From positions 62,001-126,000 of the forward strand of contig NIVC01000666.1 of the NCBI GenBank assembly GCA_002269645.1: a stretch of 64,000 bases of DNA. The letters run 5' to 3'. The translations under genes were made by a program, and so were the position numbers. The notes beneath the pieces were generated by a model. It was not told the origin of the DNA, did no database searches, and worked only from the letters and a program-made list of their open reading frames with translations. This document shows positions 24,524 to 38,234 of this stretch, piece by piece. Origin of the DNA: Macrostomum lignano (taxonomy: Eukaryota). The stretch's first letter is position 1, and each line of letters opens with the position of its first letter.

Positions 24524-25503
24524 CATCTGACACTAGCTTTTCATAAGTTCAGTTCGAAACTTCGAATGCAATTGCGAATGGAAATCCGCTAAAAATGTGA
24601 TTTAGCTTAGTAGAGAAGCTCATTACTTTAAAAAAAACGTATTTTTTTTGCATATCATACTTAAAGTTTTGATTCAAGGGAAACAAATTTTACATTAATG
24701 CATAAAATGTTGTTAGAACTATTTTATCGTGCCGTCCAGGTTTTCGCGCTATTTTGATTTATCAAATAGAAATTTTTTATCACTAAAAGCTATACCTAAT
24801 TGTATTATTTTTACTATCACTTCTTGACCAAATGTTAAATTATCAATTATTTGTTAGTAAAGCTAAGTTGTTTTGATAAATTTACCATAAAAATTAATTG
24901 CGATTTTTAAAACTATAATCCCCTTTGACTGAAAATGGAGGTATGTACATAATAATTCTAGTGTGGTATGGCAGGTATGCCTGGTATGGTCATGTATTTG
25001 CATATTAATTAGGCCTACACTAGCATTTGTACCAGACTACCAGTAGCACCAAATAAACAATAAAGTAATAATAAAATAGTTATATTAATATCAAAATAAT
25101 TTTCGTTAATTAATTACTATCTCTGCTCAATTTGATAATGATCTAGCTTCCTAGCAGGCTAGCTATAGCCTAGACAATTACAGTCATTTTTTGCAAAACT
25201 CAAAAGTGTTTATAGAAAACTTTAGGTCCAGACTCAGCTACAATTTATTATCAATTTTGGCAAGATTAGATTTAAATAGACTTAAATAAGGAGTATTGGG
25301 TTTCTTTTTTGCTGCCAATAGTGCAGTTTTGTTCGCGAAATTATTTTTCATGTAAATTTGAAAGTTCAAAACCAGAAAACAATAACAACAATAAAAATTG
25401 ATGCTTTAAACCATTCTAACGATTGTGGCAGAGTTTTTAGCTCCCTGGTTGCTGAATTTGCCAACTTGTCATTGTGTTCTAGTGGCGGATACAGAGCTTG
25501 TCA

Positions 25504-25941
25504 CTAGGCACTATAGTAGTGGTGAATCCAGAAAAGCATGTTTTCAAAAGCCCTGTTTGCTCCAAACAGTCGGCGCTACATAAACTCCTGGATGTGGCTC
25601 TCGAAGAGGGCATTGCTTGTTCCATGCATGGCCCTGAATTTGGCCTTGCAATGTGCCCATGTTCCCTCAATCGTGTTAGTGTAGAGAGTCACATCATTTG
25701 GGTCCACAAAATGGAGTCAATGGTTCACAACACCATGGTCTCCGTGGCCACCAACTACATTCGCCACTTGGTTGTAGGCTTGCCAACCATCAGTCAAGAT
25801 CTGTGTGCTAGGCAGGACAAACTGCTGGATTATAAGAAGTAGTGTCTGAGTAGGCCTATTAGGCACAACAACTGAAGAGCATTTGCTGGCAGCACTTCAT
25901 TTGGCAGAATTATCCATGAGGGTCTTGGTGGTTGTCCAGCC
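25504..25941 (-). pseudogene. Merlin transposase relic, copy 2
   Basis: Same sequence in triplication copy 2. Confidence 0.8.
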
Positions 25942-27594
25942 ATGATACAATATATTGTCCAAAAGAAAAAGCAGATACTAGCAGCTTCTCAGCTAAAGGG
26001 AAACAGTTGAAGCCCCCTCCCACTTGAGCCCCTTTCGATTTTTTAAACTATTTTTTCCATAAACAACTTGCGTTTCAAGTAGCATTCAAGTGTGGCACAG
26101 ATTTAATGAAAAAAGTATATTAATAGAGCACCCATTTGCTTTAAAGTTCCGTGACCAGTGAGCTCTAACACAGTCACTATAATGGTTAAAAACATTGTTG
26201 GTATTGTTTTCTAGTTTCAAACTTTCTCATTTAAAAGAAAAATAATTTCGCAAATGAAACTGCACTATTGCCTTTTTGCTCTATATAGTTATAATTGCTT
26301 TTTAAATATTTAGGTTATAGTCCATTTGTTTGAAAATTTAGTTATTATATTCTTAATCTCAACTTTAAAAAGAGTAAACACAGCAAGTAGGATATGTAGA
26401 TAACTAATTGGATTCTTAGAAAATTATTTTTAGGCATTTACAAATCATTTTTAGTATTGTACTAATATATTCTTATATTTGCTTACTGCTGCAATAATTT
26501 AAGATTTATATATAATCATTGTAATGTTTTTTATTTCAATAATAAACAAAATTATTGAATAAAAAAATTTAAATCATTTTTTTATTTCAATAATAAATAA
26601 TGCCAAAGGGATCAATCATAATAAAAGTATTTTTTTGTATTTTAGCAGAAAAAATACCTAATAAAGATTTTGTTTAAATTTGAAAAGCTATAAAAGCTTT
26701 TGCTAATATATTATATATATTAAGATATAATACAAGGATATATCTATGGTTTACATAAACACAATTATTGCTATTCAGTAATATTATACATAGAACATGC
26801 AAGAAAGCAAAAGATAATGTCATGCATAGAAAAAAGTTATAGAATAAGGTTACATGTCCATCTTCTTCATATAGTCCTTGCTTGTATGATACTATAACTG
26901 TATAATATATATAATAATATTTTTCATATACTTATAGCAGTACTAGGCAGCTATTTATTATTGGAATTATGCTTTTACATGTGCCCCTTCTATATACTAG
27001 ACCATGTTGCATGTATACATATACACAGTAGCAAGGGCTAGCTGGACTTTATAGTTTTGTATCCAAAAAGCTTATTGCATTCAAAGTATAAGGAATTCTA
27101 CTTATCCAATGGCTGAAATATACTAATTTATGCTACCTATTCATGTATTTTGTTTTGTATAAGCAGTAAATCAACAGTAAAAAGTGAGTGTTGGTCATAC
27201 TAAATTTTGTATTTTCTGAATTTCAATTCTGGAAAGTTTCAATTTTGATTTCAGGAAGTAGCAAATTTCAATTTCAGTTTTGATTTTGACAAAAAATGCA
27301 CTTTAGGAACATCTCTATAACAAATATAGCCAAAGTTCTTTTAAGTAATAAATAATCTATTTACATATTTTTCATTGCTCCAATTTTAAGAAACTAGAAA
27401 TTCTACAAAGGAATTCTGTTATAGAATAAAAGTAGTTTAATATCAGTAAATGCTAAAAAAGTAACAATATTGCTAGCATTTCTGTTACTAATACCAATGT
27501 AATGACAATCATGTCATCTTACATGATTACTGTAGATATGTATTTATTCATATCTGGTATTCACAATCTCTGTTTTACATCTGCACTCCAATAG

Positions 27595-27759
27595 ATTGCT
27601 CTGGACTCCATGGTTCGTTATGTGTCGCCAATCAATCCGGCTGTGTTCCCGCACCTCACCCTGGTGCTGCTCGGCATTGGAATCTTCTTCACTGATTGGC
27701 TGAGCTCAAGACCCCAAAACCTAACCCACCAGGTGGCCTTCAGACCCCAGGGAAGTTGA
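27595..27759 (+). pseudogene. TMEM258: 3'-truncated chimeric TMEM258 copy 2
   Basis: Same chimeric frame; TGA at 27757-27759. Confidence 0.85.
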
Positions 27760-28500
27760 CAGGTGCGGTCATAAATCATAAGCAAAACATAATAAAAGTC
27801 ACTTGTCTCGACATCCTGGCGCCAAAAGTGACAGCAAAACGCCCATAAATCAAAGGAGAAAGCAACAGAGCGAGTGGGGAGAAAGCTGGAAAGACCTCTG
27901 ACCCAGACAAGCTGGAGCCAAAAGTGACAGCTAGACGGCCATAAATCACCGAAAACAGTAAAAAAGCCACAAATCTGGGGGTCAGAACGAGGTTGAAAAC
28001 GTTCCTTCCAGACTTAGTGTCGCCTGTCTAGACTGTTGGAGGTCAATTCATCTCAAACCCAGACAGTCTGACCTTCAATGGTGCGTAAAAAATCCAAAAT
28101 CAGAATCCCAAGAGAAGTACACTGAGTTTCAAACATAACTAATACACCTTTTCACGTTCAATTTTGAACAAAGTCCAGTTCTAAAAAAACTAGCAGAAAT
28201 TCAATTCAGACAATTCAGACTGGGGCAACAAAACCCAGTTCAAAACATTCTGCCATGGAAGCGAGGTTTAGCCATAGACAAAATGTAATGGCATAAATTA
28301 GTATAGAACTTAGCCTAGATGAGAGAATGGAGAGAAATACCTAAGCTAGCCTACTGACAGTAGGGGAAAAGCGCATCGAAGCAAAATGTGCAGTTCTAAA
28401 ATTAAAAAAAGGTGCGTCCTCATCATTTTTTCAAAACGATATAAAACGCAACTATTTAACACAAGGAGGACGTGTTGTCCCCTCTGTGAAGACATCTGAC

Positions 28501-28670
28501 GGTATCCAGTCAATCCGGCGACAGACGATCCGGCGACAGGCAAAATGGCGACAGTCAAATCGGCGACAGAAAATCGGCGATCGTCTGTCGCCGATTTGAC
28601 TGTCGCCAGATCGTCTGTCGCCGGATCGTATTGTCGCCGGATCGTCTTGTCGCCGGATTGTCTGGAAGCC
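28501..28670. mobile_element. Palindromic MITE, copy 3
   Basis: Same element carried by the triplication. Confidence 0.88.
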
Positions 28671-29082
28671 CATCTGACACTAGCTTTTCATAAGTTCAGT
28701 TCGAAACTTCGAATGCAATTGCGAATGGAAATCCGCTAAAAATGTGATTTAGCTTAGTAGAGAAGCTCATTACTTTAAAAAAAACGTATTTTTTTTGCAT
28801 ATCATACTTAAAGTTTTGATTCAAGGGAAACAAATTTTACATTAATGCATAAAATGTTGTTAGAACTATTTTATCGTGCCGTCCAGGTTTTCGCGCTATT
28901 TTGATTTATCAAATAGAAATTTTTTTATCACTAAAAGCTATACCTAATTGTATTATTTTTACTATCACTTCTTGACCGAATGTTAAATTATCAATTATTT
29001 GTTAGTAAAGCTAAGTTGTTTTGATAAATTTACCATAAAAATTAATTGCGATTTTTAAAACTATAATCCCCTTTGACTGAAA

Positions 29083-29088
29083 ATGGAG
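29083..29088 (+). CDS. TMEM258: Probable TMEM258 first coding micro-exon (ATG GAG | gtatgt)
   Basis: Strong donor; phase 0 joins the aatag acceptor at 31747 to give [11 protein letters not shown] (human MELEAMSRY); equivalents at 20788 and 24935. Inferred. Confidence 0.5.
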
Positions 29089-29651
29089 GTATGTACACAA
29101 TAATTCTAGTGTGGTATGGCAGGTATGCCTGGTATGGTCATGTATTTGCATATTAATTAGGCCTACACTAGCATTTGTACCAGACTACCAGTAGCACCAA
29201 ATAAACAATAAAGTAATAATAAAATAGTTATATTAATATCAAAATAATTTTCGTTAATTAATTACTATCTCTGCTCAATTTGATAATGATCTAGCTTCCT
29301 AGCAGGCTAGCTATAGCCTAGACAATTACAGTCATTTTTTGCAAAACTCAAAAGTGTTTATAGAAAACTTTAGGTCCAGACTCAGCTACAATTTATTATC
29401 AATTTTGGCAAGATTAGATTTAAATAGACTTAAATAAGGAGTATTGGGTTTCTTTTTTGCTGCCAATAGTGCAGTTTTGTTCGCGAAATTATTTTTCATG
29501 TAAATTTGAAAGTTCAAAACCAGAAAACAATAACAACAATAAAAATTGATGCTTTAAACCATTCTAACGATTGTGGCAGAGTTTTTAGCTCCCTGGTTGC
29601 TGAATTTGCCAACTTGTCATTGTGTTCTAGTGGCGGATACAGAGCTTGTCA

Positions 29652-30089
29652 CTAGGCACTATAGTAGTGGTGAATCCAGAAAAGCATGTTTTCAAAAGCC
29701 CTGTTTGCTCCAAACAGTCGGCGCTACATAAACTCCTGGATGTGGCTCTCGAAGAGGGCATTGCTTGTTCCATGCATGGCCCTGAATTTGGCCTTGCAAT
29801 GTGCCCATGTTCCCTCAATCGTGTTAGTGTAGAGAGTCACATCATTTGGGTCCACAAAATGGAGTCAATGGTTCACAACACCATGGTCTCCGTGGCCACC
29901 AACTACATTCGCCACTTGGTTGTAGGCTTGCCAACCATCAGTCAAGATCTGTGTGCTAGGCAGGACAAACTGCTGGATTATAAGAAGTAGTGTCTGAGTA
30001 GGCCTATTAGGCACAACAACTGAAGAGCATTTGCTGGCAGCACTTCATTTGGCAGAATTATCCATGAGGGTCTTGGTGGTTGTCCAGCC
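29652..30089 (-). pseudogene. Merlin transposase relic, copy 3
   Basis: Same sequence in triplication copy 3. Confidence 0.8.
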
Positions 30090-31747
30090 ATGATACAATA
30101 TATTGTCCAAAAGAAAAAGCAGATACTAGCAGCTTCTCAGCTAAAGGGAAACAGTTGAAGCCCCCTCCCACTTGAGCCCCTTTTGATTTTTTAAACTATT
30201 TTTTCCATAAACAACTTGCGTTTCAAGTAGCATTCAAGTGTGGCACAGATTTAATGAAAAAAGTATATTAATAGAGCACCCATTTGCTTTAAAGTTCCGT
30301 GACCAGTGAGCTCTAGGCTAGCACAGTTGCTATAATTGTTTTAAACATTGTTGGTATTGTTTTCTGGTTTCGAACTTTCTCATTTAAAAGAAAAATAATT
30401 TCGCAAATGAAACTGCACTATTGCCTTTTTGCTCTATATAGTTATAATTGCTTTTTAAATATTTAGGTTATAGTCCATTTGTTTGAAAATTTAGTTATTA
30501 TATTCTTAATCTCAACTTTAAAAAGAGTAAACACAGCAAGTAGGATATGTAGATAACTAATTGGATTCTTAGAAAATTATTTTTAGGCATTTACAAATCA
30601 TTTTTAGTATTGTACTAATATATTCTTATATTTGCTTACTGCTGCAATAATTTAAGATTTATATATAATCATTGTAATGTTTTTTATTTCAATAATAAAC
30701 AAAATTATTGAATAAAAAAATTTAAATCATTTTTTTATTTCAATAATAAATAATGCCAAAGGGATCAATCATAATAAAAGTATTTTTTTGTATTTTAGCA
30801 GAAAAAATACCTAATAAAGATTTTGTTTAAATTTGAAAAGCTATAAAAGCTTTTGCTAATATATTATATATATTAAGATATAATACAAGGATATATCTAT
30901 GGTTTACATAAACACAATTATTGCTATTCAGTAATATTATACATAGAACATGCAAGAAAGCAAAAGATAATGTCATGCATAGAAAAAAGTTATAGAATAA
31001 GGTTACATGTCCATCTTCTTCATATAGTCCTTGCTTGTATGATACTATAACTGTATAATATATATAATAATATTTTTCATATACTTATAGCAGTACTAGG
31101 CAGCTATTTATTATTGGAATTATGCTTTTACATGTGCCCCTTCTATATACTAGACCATGTTGCATGTATACATATACACAGTAGCAAGGGCTAGCTGGAC
31201 TTTATAGTTTTGTATCCAAAAAGCTTATTGCATTCAAAGTATAAGGAATTCTACTTATCCAATGGCTGAAATATACTAATTTATGCTACCTATTCATGTA
31301 TTTTGTTTTGTATAAGCAGTAAATCAACAGTAAAAAGTGAGTGTTGGTCATACTAAATTTTGTATTTTCTGAATTTCAATTCTGGAAAGTTTCAATTTTG
31401 ATTTCAGGAAGTAGCAAATTTCAATTTCAGTTTTGATTTTGACAAAAAATGCACTTTAGGAACATCTCTATAACAAATATAGCCAAAGTTCTTTTAAGTA
31501 ATAAATAATCTATTTACATATTTTTCATTGCTCCAATTTTAAGAAACTAGAAATTCTACAAAGGAATTCTGTTATAGAATAAAAGTAGTTTAATATCAGT
31601 AAATGCTAAAAAAGTAACAATATTGCTAGCATTTCTGTTACTAATACCAATGTAATGACAATCATGTCATCTTACATGATTACTGTAGATATGTATTTAT
31701 TCATATCTGGTATTCACAATCTCTGTTTTACATCTGCACTCCAATAG

Positions 31748-31987
31748 ATTGCTCTGGACTCCATGGTTCGTTATGTGTCGCCAATCAATCCGGCTGTGTT
31801 CCCGCACCTCACCCTGGTGCTGCTCGGCATTGGAATCTTCTTCACTGCTTGGTTCTTCGTCTATGAAGTGACGGCCAACAAGTTTAGCCGCGACATCTTC
31901 AAGGAGATTCTCATCTCGCTGGTTGCCTCCGTGTTCATGGGATTTGGCATCCTGTTTCTGTGTCTGTGGGTTGGGATTTATGTTTAG
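31748..31987 (+). CDS. TMEM258: TMEM258 (OST complex subunit), intact main exon
   Basis: [74 protein letters not shown]; two TM helices; closely matches human TMEM258. Confidence 0.95.
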   Translation: MALDSMVRYVSPINPAVFPHLTLVLLGIGIFFTAWFFVYEVTANKFSRDIFKEILISLVASVFMGFGILFLCLWVGIYV

Positions 31988-32459
31988 TTGGCATTGATTC
32001 AAACATTTCAGATTGACTTGAGCTGTTCTGCTGCCAAAAATGGTTTTTTTCTCACACGCTAGCGTTTTTAATAGTCGATATCGTAATTTAGGGCTAACAA
32101 AGAAATATTGTCGGATGTTGTTTCGCATTACTAAATTCCTTATATTCCTTTTACTGTTAGTAGTGTATTAATAATATCCGTTTCTCACGACTATGTGGTG
32201 TGTTTTCTCTGTTACGACTATTATATGTCTACTTATGCATTCATTATAAAAGACTTTGAATTAGTCCCGAAATCAGATCAAATCCGAATTCTTATTGGTT
32301 TTTGCTGTTTCCATTTGCGCTGTAACTGTGCGCTTAGAATTTCAATAAATAGGAATTATTAGCCGCTGTGCAATCTTTAGGCCTGCTTATGGAGTACATT
32401 GCAGTGTACTGCTTTCTCGTTTAATTCATTAGTTGTTTTTAAAATGCTATTGTAGAACA

Positions 32460-32990
32460 CTCCCCAGATCCTCAGTTGCTGGGCCAGCCTCCCAGATCCT
32501 CAGTTGCTGGTCCAGCCTCCCAGATCCTCAGTTGCTGGGCCAGCCTCCCAGATCCTCAGTTGCTGAGCCACCCTCCCAGATCCTCAGTTGCTGGGCCAGC
32601 CTCCCAGATCCTCAGTTGCTGGGCCAGCCTCCCAGATCCTCAGTTGCTGGGCCAGCCTCCCAGATCCTCAGTTGCTGGGCCAGCCTCCCAGATCCTCAGT
32701 TGCTGGGCCAGCCTCCCAGATCCTCAGTTGCTGGGCCAGCCTCCCAGATCCTCAGTTGCTGGGCCAGCTTCCCAGATCCCCAGTTGCTGAGCCAGCTTCC
32801 CAGAGTGTCAGATGCTGGGTCAGCCTTCCATATCCTCAGTTGCTAGGCCAGCCTCCCAGATCCTCAGTTGCTGAGCCAGCTTCCCAGAGTGTCAGATGCT
32901 GGGTCAGCCTTCCAGATCATCAGTTGCTAGGCCAGCCTCCCAGATCCTCAGTTGCTAGGGCAGTCTCCCAGATCCTCAATTGCTGGGCAT
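32460..32990. repeat. 28-bp minisatellite
   Basis: Unit cccagatcctcagttgctgggccagcct; a short related array lies at 45112-45220. Confidence 0.9.
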
Positions 32991-33035
32991 TCCTTAGTCA
33001 TAGTTACAACTAGTCCAGCTTCTCCGCCTCATCTC

Positions 33036-36000
33036 ATGACGATGGAGCGCGCAGCGCAGCTCCTGGACCAGCTGGACGCGCAGAGCCTCGCCCTCGAGCT
33101 GCTGTCCGAGCGCATCGATCGAATGCGCGCAGCCAACGCCCGGGCCATCGGCGACTTGGATCGCCACTGTGGCTCCGGTCTCGTCGCCGAGCTGCCGCCG
33201 GCGCCGCTGATGTCGGCGGAGGCCGCGGCCGCCTGCGCCGTCACCCGCGAGGCCGCTTGCCGAGTGGAGCTGCGCCTCCTGCTGGCCAGAAACCAGCAGC
33301 GCTGGCGCCGGCACCACCAGCAGCAGCTGCAGCAGAAGCAGCAATTCCAGCAGCAGCAGCAACAGAATCCGTCGGCTTTGCCGCCGCAAGAGCCGCGCAC
33401 CCGAACCGACGCCCTGAGCGTCTCCTACCAGAAGCAGAAACTGCAGCAACAGCAGCAGCAGCAGCAGCAACAGGCAGCCAATCAGCTGCCGCAATCGTCT
33501 GTCAACTCGTGCGTGAAGACCAGCGCCTCCAGCAGCGAGGACCCGCTGGTCAGCACCGTGATTCAGAACCGGCAGCCGGCCACCGTCACGGAGCCGGCGC
33601 CGCCAACTGAGAGCACAGACCTTGGCCAGTACATGCGGGCCAGCCTGACCAGCTCTGCCATGAGCAGTCTGCCACACGACGATGACGAGCTTGACAATCA
33701 AGATGACGAGCAGGACGCGGAGGTGGAGCAGCGCGAGAAGCACTACGGCGATATCGGCGACCTGGTTGATGGCGGCGGCCCTGCTGCAGCCTCCTCGACC
33801 GCCGCTGCCGCTGTTGCCGCCGCAGCCGGCGAGCGTCAGCGCTGTGAGCGGGAGCTTCGAGATCAGGAGAGCCGACTGCTCCGTGCTCAGGCGGCCCTGG
33901 CCGCTGTCAGGGAAGAGGCTTCCCCTCAACCTGCTCAATCTCGGCAGCCGCGGCAGCAGCATTCGAATTCCTACGCAGCCATGGGACCGGCCGGGCATCC
34001 GCGCTACAGGCGGGCCTGGTGCCGGCTCACCGCCATTGGGCGGGGATTCTTAGTTCGCCGTCTAATGCAGAGTGATCGGGTCCAGGTGAGCAGGGCTTGT
34101 TTTTGCAGCGCTTGGCTTTCTCTTATATGCGAAGGCTGTGAGCAGTTACCAGATCCCTCACTTGCCATATCCCAGATCCTTTATTCCTTATCACAGATCC
34201 CAGATACCATATCCCAAATCCCTTATCCTATATCCCATATCCTAGTTTCTAGATCTCAAATCCTAGATCCAATATACCAGATCTCATATCCTAGATCCCA
34301 GATCCCATATCCCAGATCCCATATCCAAAATCCTAGATCCCAAATCCCAGATCCCAGATCCTAAAGCCAAGATCCCAAATCCCAAATCCCAGATCCCAAC
34401 TCCTAGATCCCATATCCCAGATCCCAAATCCTAGATCCCACATCCTAGATCCCAAATCCCAGATCCCAAATCATAGATCCCAAATCATAGATCCCAAATC
34501 CTAGATCCCAGATCCCAAATCCCAGATCCCAAATCCCAGATCCCAAATCCCAGATCCCAAATCCCAGATCCCAAATCCCAGATCCCACATCCCACATCCC
34601 ATAGCCCAGAGTGCAATCCCAAGCCCCGCACCCTCCAGGAAATAGTCCGAGCAATCCGGGACACGGCCGAGTTTGCGGTCTCGCTGGTCCGGCAGCGCCA
34701 ATCGGCGGTCCCGGCGGCGGGCGCCATCGTGGGCAGCGCGGCGATCAGCGACATGGCGCTGCAGGAGCGCGTAGTGAAAAGTCTGCGCGCCTCGCTGCTA
34801 GAATTGCACGACGTGTTCTTCTCGTTGCCAAGGCGACGCCAGCTGGGCCTGATTGCCGCCACCCGGCAGGCGAGGATCGAGGCGCTGAGGAAACGGGCCA
34901 GCGTGGCCGCCAGCGTGGAGACAACCGGCTCTTTCTCCGCCCCGAGCGCGTCCGCCGCCGTTGCTAGCGACGCTGGCTCGTCTCCAAGGCAGCGCCGGCA
35001 GCTCGAATTGCTGGCCGGCAGCGGCGGCTCAGTTCAGCCCCAGCAGCTGCAGCAGACATCCGTGACCAAGAAGATGGTTTGTCCTGATTTTAAATTCATG
35101 TGCTGATGTTCATGTGTCACCTAGGGCGCCTTATTCTGTTGCTAATCCCCTCTCATGATCCTACATGTGACTGCTAATCCCCTCTCATGATCCTACATGT
35201 GACTGCTAATCCCCTCTCATGATCCTACATGTGACTGCGAATCCCCTCTCATGATCCTTCATGTGACTGCTAATTCCCTCTCATAATCCTTCATGTGACT
35301 GCTAATCCCCTCTCATAATCCTTCATGTGACTGCTAATCCCCTCTCATGATCCTACATGTGACTGCTAATCCCCTCTCATGGTCCCTCATGTGACTGCTA
35401 ACCCCCTCTCATGATCCTTCATGTGACTGCTAATCCCCTCTCATGATCCCACACTATCCTACAATCCCCTACAATCTTACAATATCCCCAACCCGCAGAT
35501 CTCCGCTGCAACTCGCAAGCGGATGCTGGCCCGCCAGCAGCAGCAGCAACAAGCCCCTAGCAACCGGCCAGCCACAGCCGCAGTTGTCAGGCAGCCGCAG
35601 GCGCACCCAGCCCAGTTGCTAAGCAACGGCAGGAGCGCAGAGTCGGCCCCGGCGTCCCGACCGAAAACTGCGCCAAACTCGGTGACCAACAGCAAGGCTG
35701 GCAGCCACAACAGCAACAGCAACAACAACAGCAACAACAACAACAGCAACAACAACAACAACAACAACAAGCATTACAGCAGCGGCAATAGCAACGGCAG
35801 TGCCAATGCTGCCAGTCAGCTATCGCGGCGTCACCAGGAGCAGCCGCCTGTCAATCATCAGCTGGCCGCTGCCGTCAAGCGTCACATGGCTCTTGACGGG
35901 CATCGTCGGGTCACTCGCCTGCTGGCTGGCAACGGTCGCAGCGGCAGCGCAGTCTCCGATGAGGCACAATCGCCGACCTCCGATGAGATCGCCGACCTCA

Positions 36001-36041
36001 CTGCTATGGGCCCGGCTCCCGTGATTTACGTGAAAAAGTAG
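33036..36041 (+). CDS. CCP110: Centriolar coiled-coil protein CP110-like, join(33036..34085,34639..35076,35499..36041)
   Basis: Spliced frame CRLTAIGRGFLVRRLMQSDRVQ|EIVRAIRDTAEF...ALQERVVKSLRASLLELHDVFF...|ISAATRKRM matches the CP110 C-terminal block (KITAVAKGFLTRRLMQTDK...[22 protein letters not shown]...LSAATQKS). All introns GT-AG, phase 0. 5' start and 3' end uncertain. Confidence 0.8.
34150..34612. repeat. 7/14-bp repeat in CCP110 intron 1
   Basis: (cccagat cccaaat)n. Confidence 0.88.
35133..35452. repeat. 32-bp minisatellite in CCP110 intron 2
   Basis: Unit atgtgactgctaatcccctctcatgatcctac. Confidence 0.9.
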
Positions 36042-36069
36042 CGAGTAGTACTCGTTTGTCACATAATAT

Positions 36070-36622
36070 CCCTATTTTAGAAATCCCCAATTGGATATTG
36101 ATCCCAATTTATAAATCCATAATCTGGGATATTGATCCCAATTTAGAAATCCATAATTTGGGATATTGATCCCAATGTAGAAATCCTTAATTTGGGATAT
36201 TGATCCCAATTTAGAAATCCATAATCTGGGATATTGATCCCAATGTAGAAATCCTTAATTTAGGATATTGATCCCAATTTAGAAATCCATAATCTGGGAT
36301 ATTGATCCCAATGTAGAAATCCTTAATTTGGGATATTGATCCCAATGTAGAAATCCTTAATTTGGGATATTGATCCCAATTTAGAATTCCATAATCTGGG
36401 ATCTTGATCCCAATGTAGAAATCCTTAATTTGGGATATTGATCCCAATTTAGGAATCCATAATCTGGGATATTGATCCCAATGTAGAAATCCTTAATTTG
36501 GGATATTGATCCCAATTTAGAAATCCATAATCTGGGATATTGATCCCAATGTAGAAATCCTTAATTTGGGATATTGATCCCAATTTAGAAATCCATAATT
36601 TGATATATTGATCCCAATTTGG
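36070..36622. repeat. 34-bp minisatellite with an alternating dimer
   Basis: gggatattgatcccaat followed mostly alternately by gtagaaatccttaattt or ttagaaatccataatct. Confidence 0.9.
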
Positions 36623-36964
36623 GGTGCTAGAATCCCTATTTTAAAAATCCCTTATTTCTTATATTAATCCCTACTTCAGAAGTCCCAACAGGGGTTCATT
36701 ATGGCTTATCTTTGAACATGCAAGCACATTTTTGAGCTCGAATATCAACGGCCGTCTTTGTTCGCAAACATTCGCACCTGAGGCATTTTTACTATACTGC
36801 ATATACTACTACATATATATTTACTACTGATTATTGGGCTGATAGGCCCTGCCTGCTACGGTGTCACACCTGTTCCCTACTGTTCCCCACACCGGCTTTC
36901 ACTCCGCTCCGCAAAAAAAAAGTTTTTTATCCTTTGCGCGGCATTTGCTTGACTCTGTTGAATT

Positions 36965-37535
36965 GCTTGTCACTCCTTGTGTCACTCTATTCCTTCAATT
37001 TGGGTGTCTTATCACTCCTTGTGTCACTCCATTCCTTTAATTTGGGTTTCTTGTCACTCCTTGTGTCACTCCATTCCTTCAATTTGGGTATCTCATCACT
37101 CCTTGTGTCACTATTCCTTCAATTTAGGTGTCTTGTCACATCTTGTATCACTCCATTCCTTCAATTTAGGTATCTTGTCACATCTTGTATCACTCCATTC
37201 CTTCAATTTAGGTATCTTGTCACATCTTGTATCACTCCATTCCTTCAATTTAGGTATCTTGTCACATCTTGTATCACTCTATTCCTTCAATTTAGGTATC
37301 TTGTCACTCCGTGTGTCACTCCATTTCTTCAATTTGGGTATCTTGTCACACCTTGTGTCACTCTATTCTTTCAATTTGGGTATCTTGTCACTCCTTGTGT
37401 CACTCTATTCCTTCAATTTGGGTATCTTGTCACTCCTTGTGTCACTCTATTCCTTCAATTTGGGTATCTTGTCACTCCTTGTGTCACTCTATTCCTTCAA
37501 TTTGGGTATCTTGTCACTCCTTGTGTCACTCCATT
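36965..37535. repeat. 42-bp minisatellite
   Basis: Unit tgtcactccttgtgtcactctattccttcaatttgggtatct. Confidence 0.9.
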
Positions 37536-38234
37536 ACTTTAATATCGACTTCTTTTCACATTTTTCATTCCGTGTTTCATCACCAACAGCTTGTTCTGTG
37601 GACCAGAAATTCTATTAAAATTAATTGTAGACAACATCTGCCCTCTTCTACTTATTTTCAGTAGTTATCAGTAGTATGTCTAGCTCGTTCTTCCGATGGA
37701 CAAAATATTTATATTTATTATTTGGCATCGAACTTGCATCGCGTTGAACGCTTGTCAATCCAATAAATCTACATTTTATGTCAAGCATATCAATAATTAT
37801 AATTTTGTTTATTCACTTAAAATGCGGGATATTTATGTATTAGTTGTTTGCTTTGGCTTGTAAATATACCGACATGAACTGCTTCTCAGCCTGGAACAGT
37901 CCGTTTGAAAATAGTTTCATAATAACTGCTTTCTATATATGTCATGCAGCACATTTCTGCTTTTATTTGAGTTCAAGAAAGTAAAGTATTGGGATCATAG
38001 CTCTGCTCCTCCCCAATATTTATATTCATAAATGACAAGATCTGTTCACAGTTCAGCGATTGCTTTAAAGAGGAAAGGACACTCTGATAAATAATTGGCA
38101 TTCAGAAAAATTACAGTAAATATTGAAGTACTCGGTGAACTAACATCAATCTTGAAAATATTTACAGAATTTATAGGGTTAGAAAAACTGCAATGGGCGA
38201 TTCTTTGTAGTCTGGGGCACCTTGTCAGTACTGG

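Larger units (their letters stand above)
19401..31847. repeat. Tandem triplication of a ~4.15-kb segment
   Basis: Copies start at 19401, 23545 and 27692 (4144, 4147, 4153 bp); identical novel junction ttcaCTGattggct at both joins. Confidence 0.95.

Noticed and set aside
31697-32128. 143-aa minus-strand ORF
   Set aside because: Antisense to TMEM258.
32994-33998. 334-aa minus-strand ORF
   Set aside because: Antisense shadow of the GC-rich CCP110 exon.
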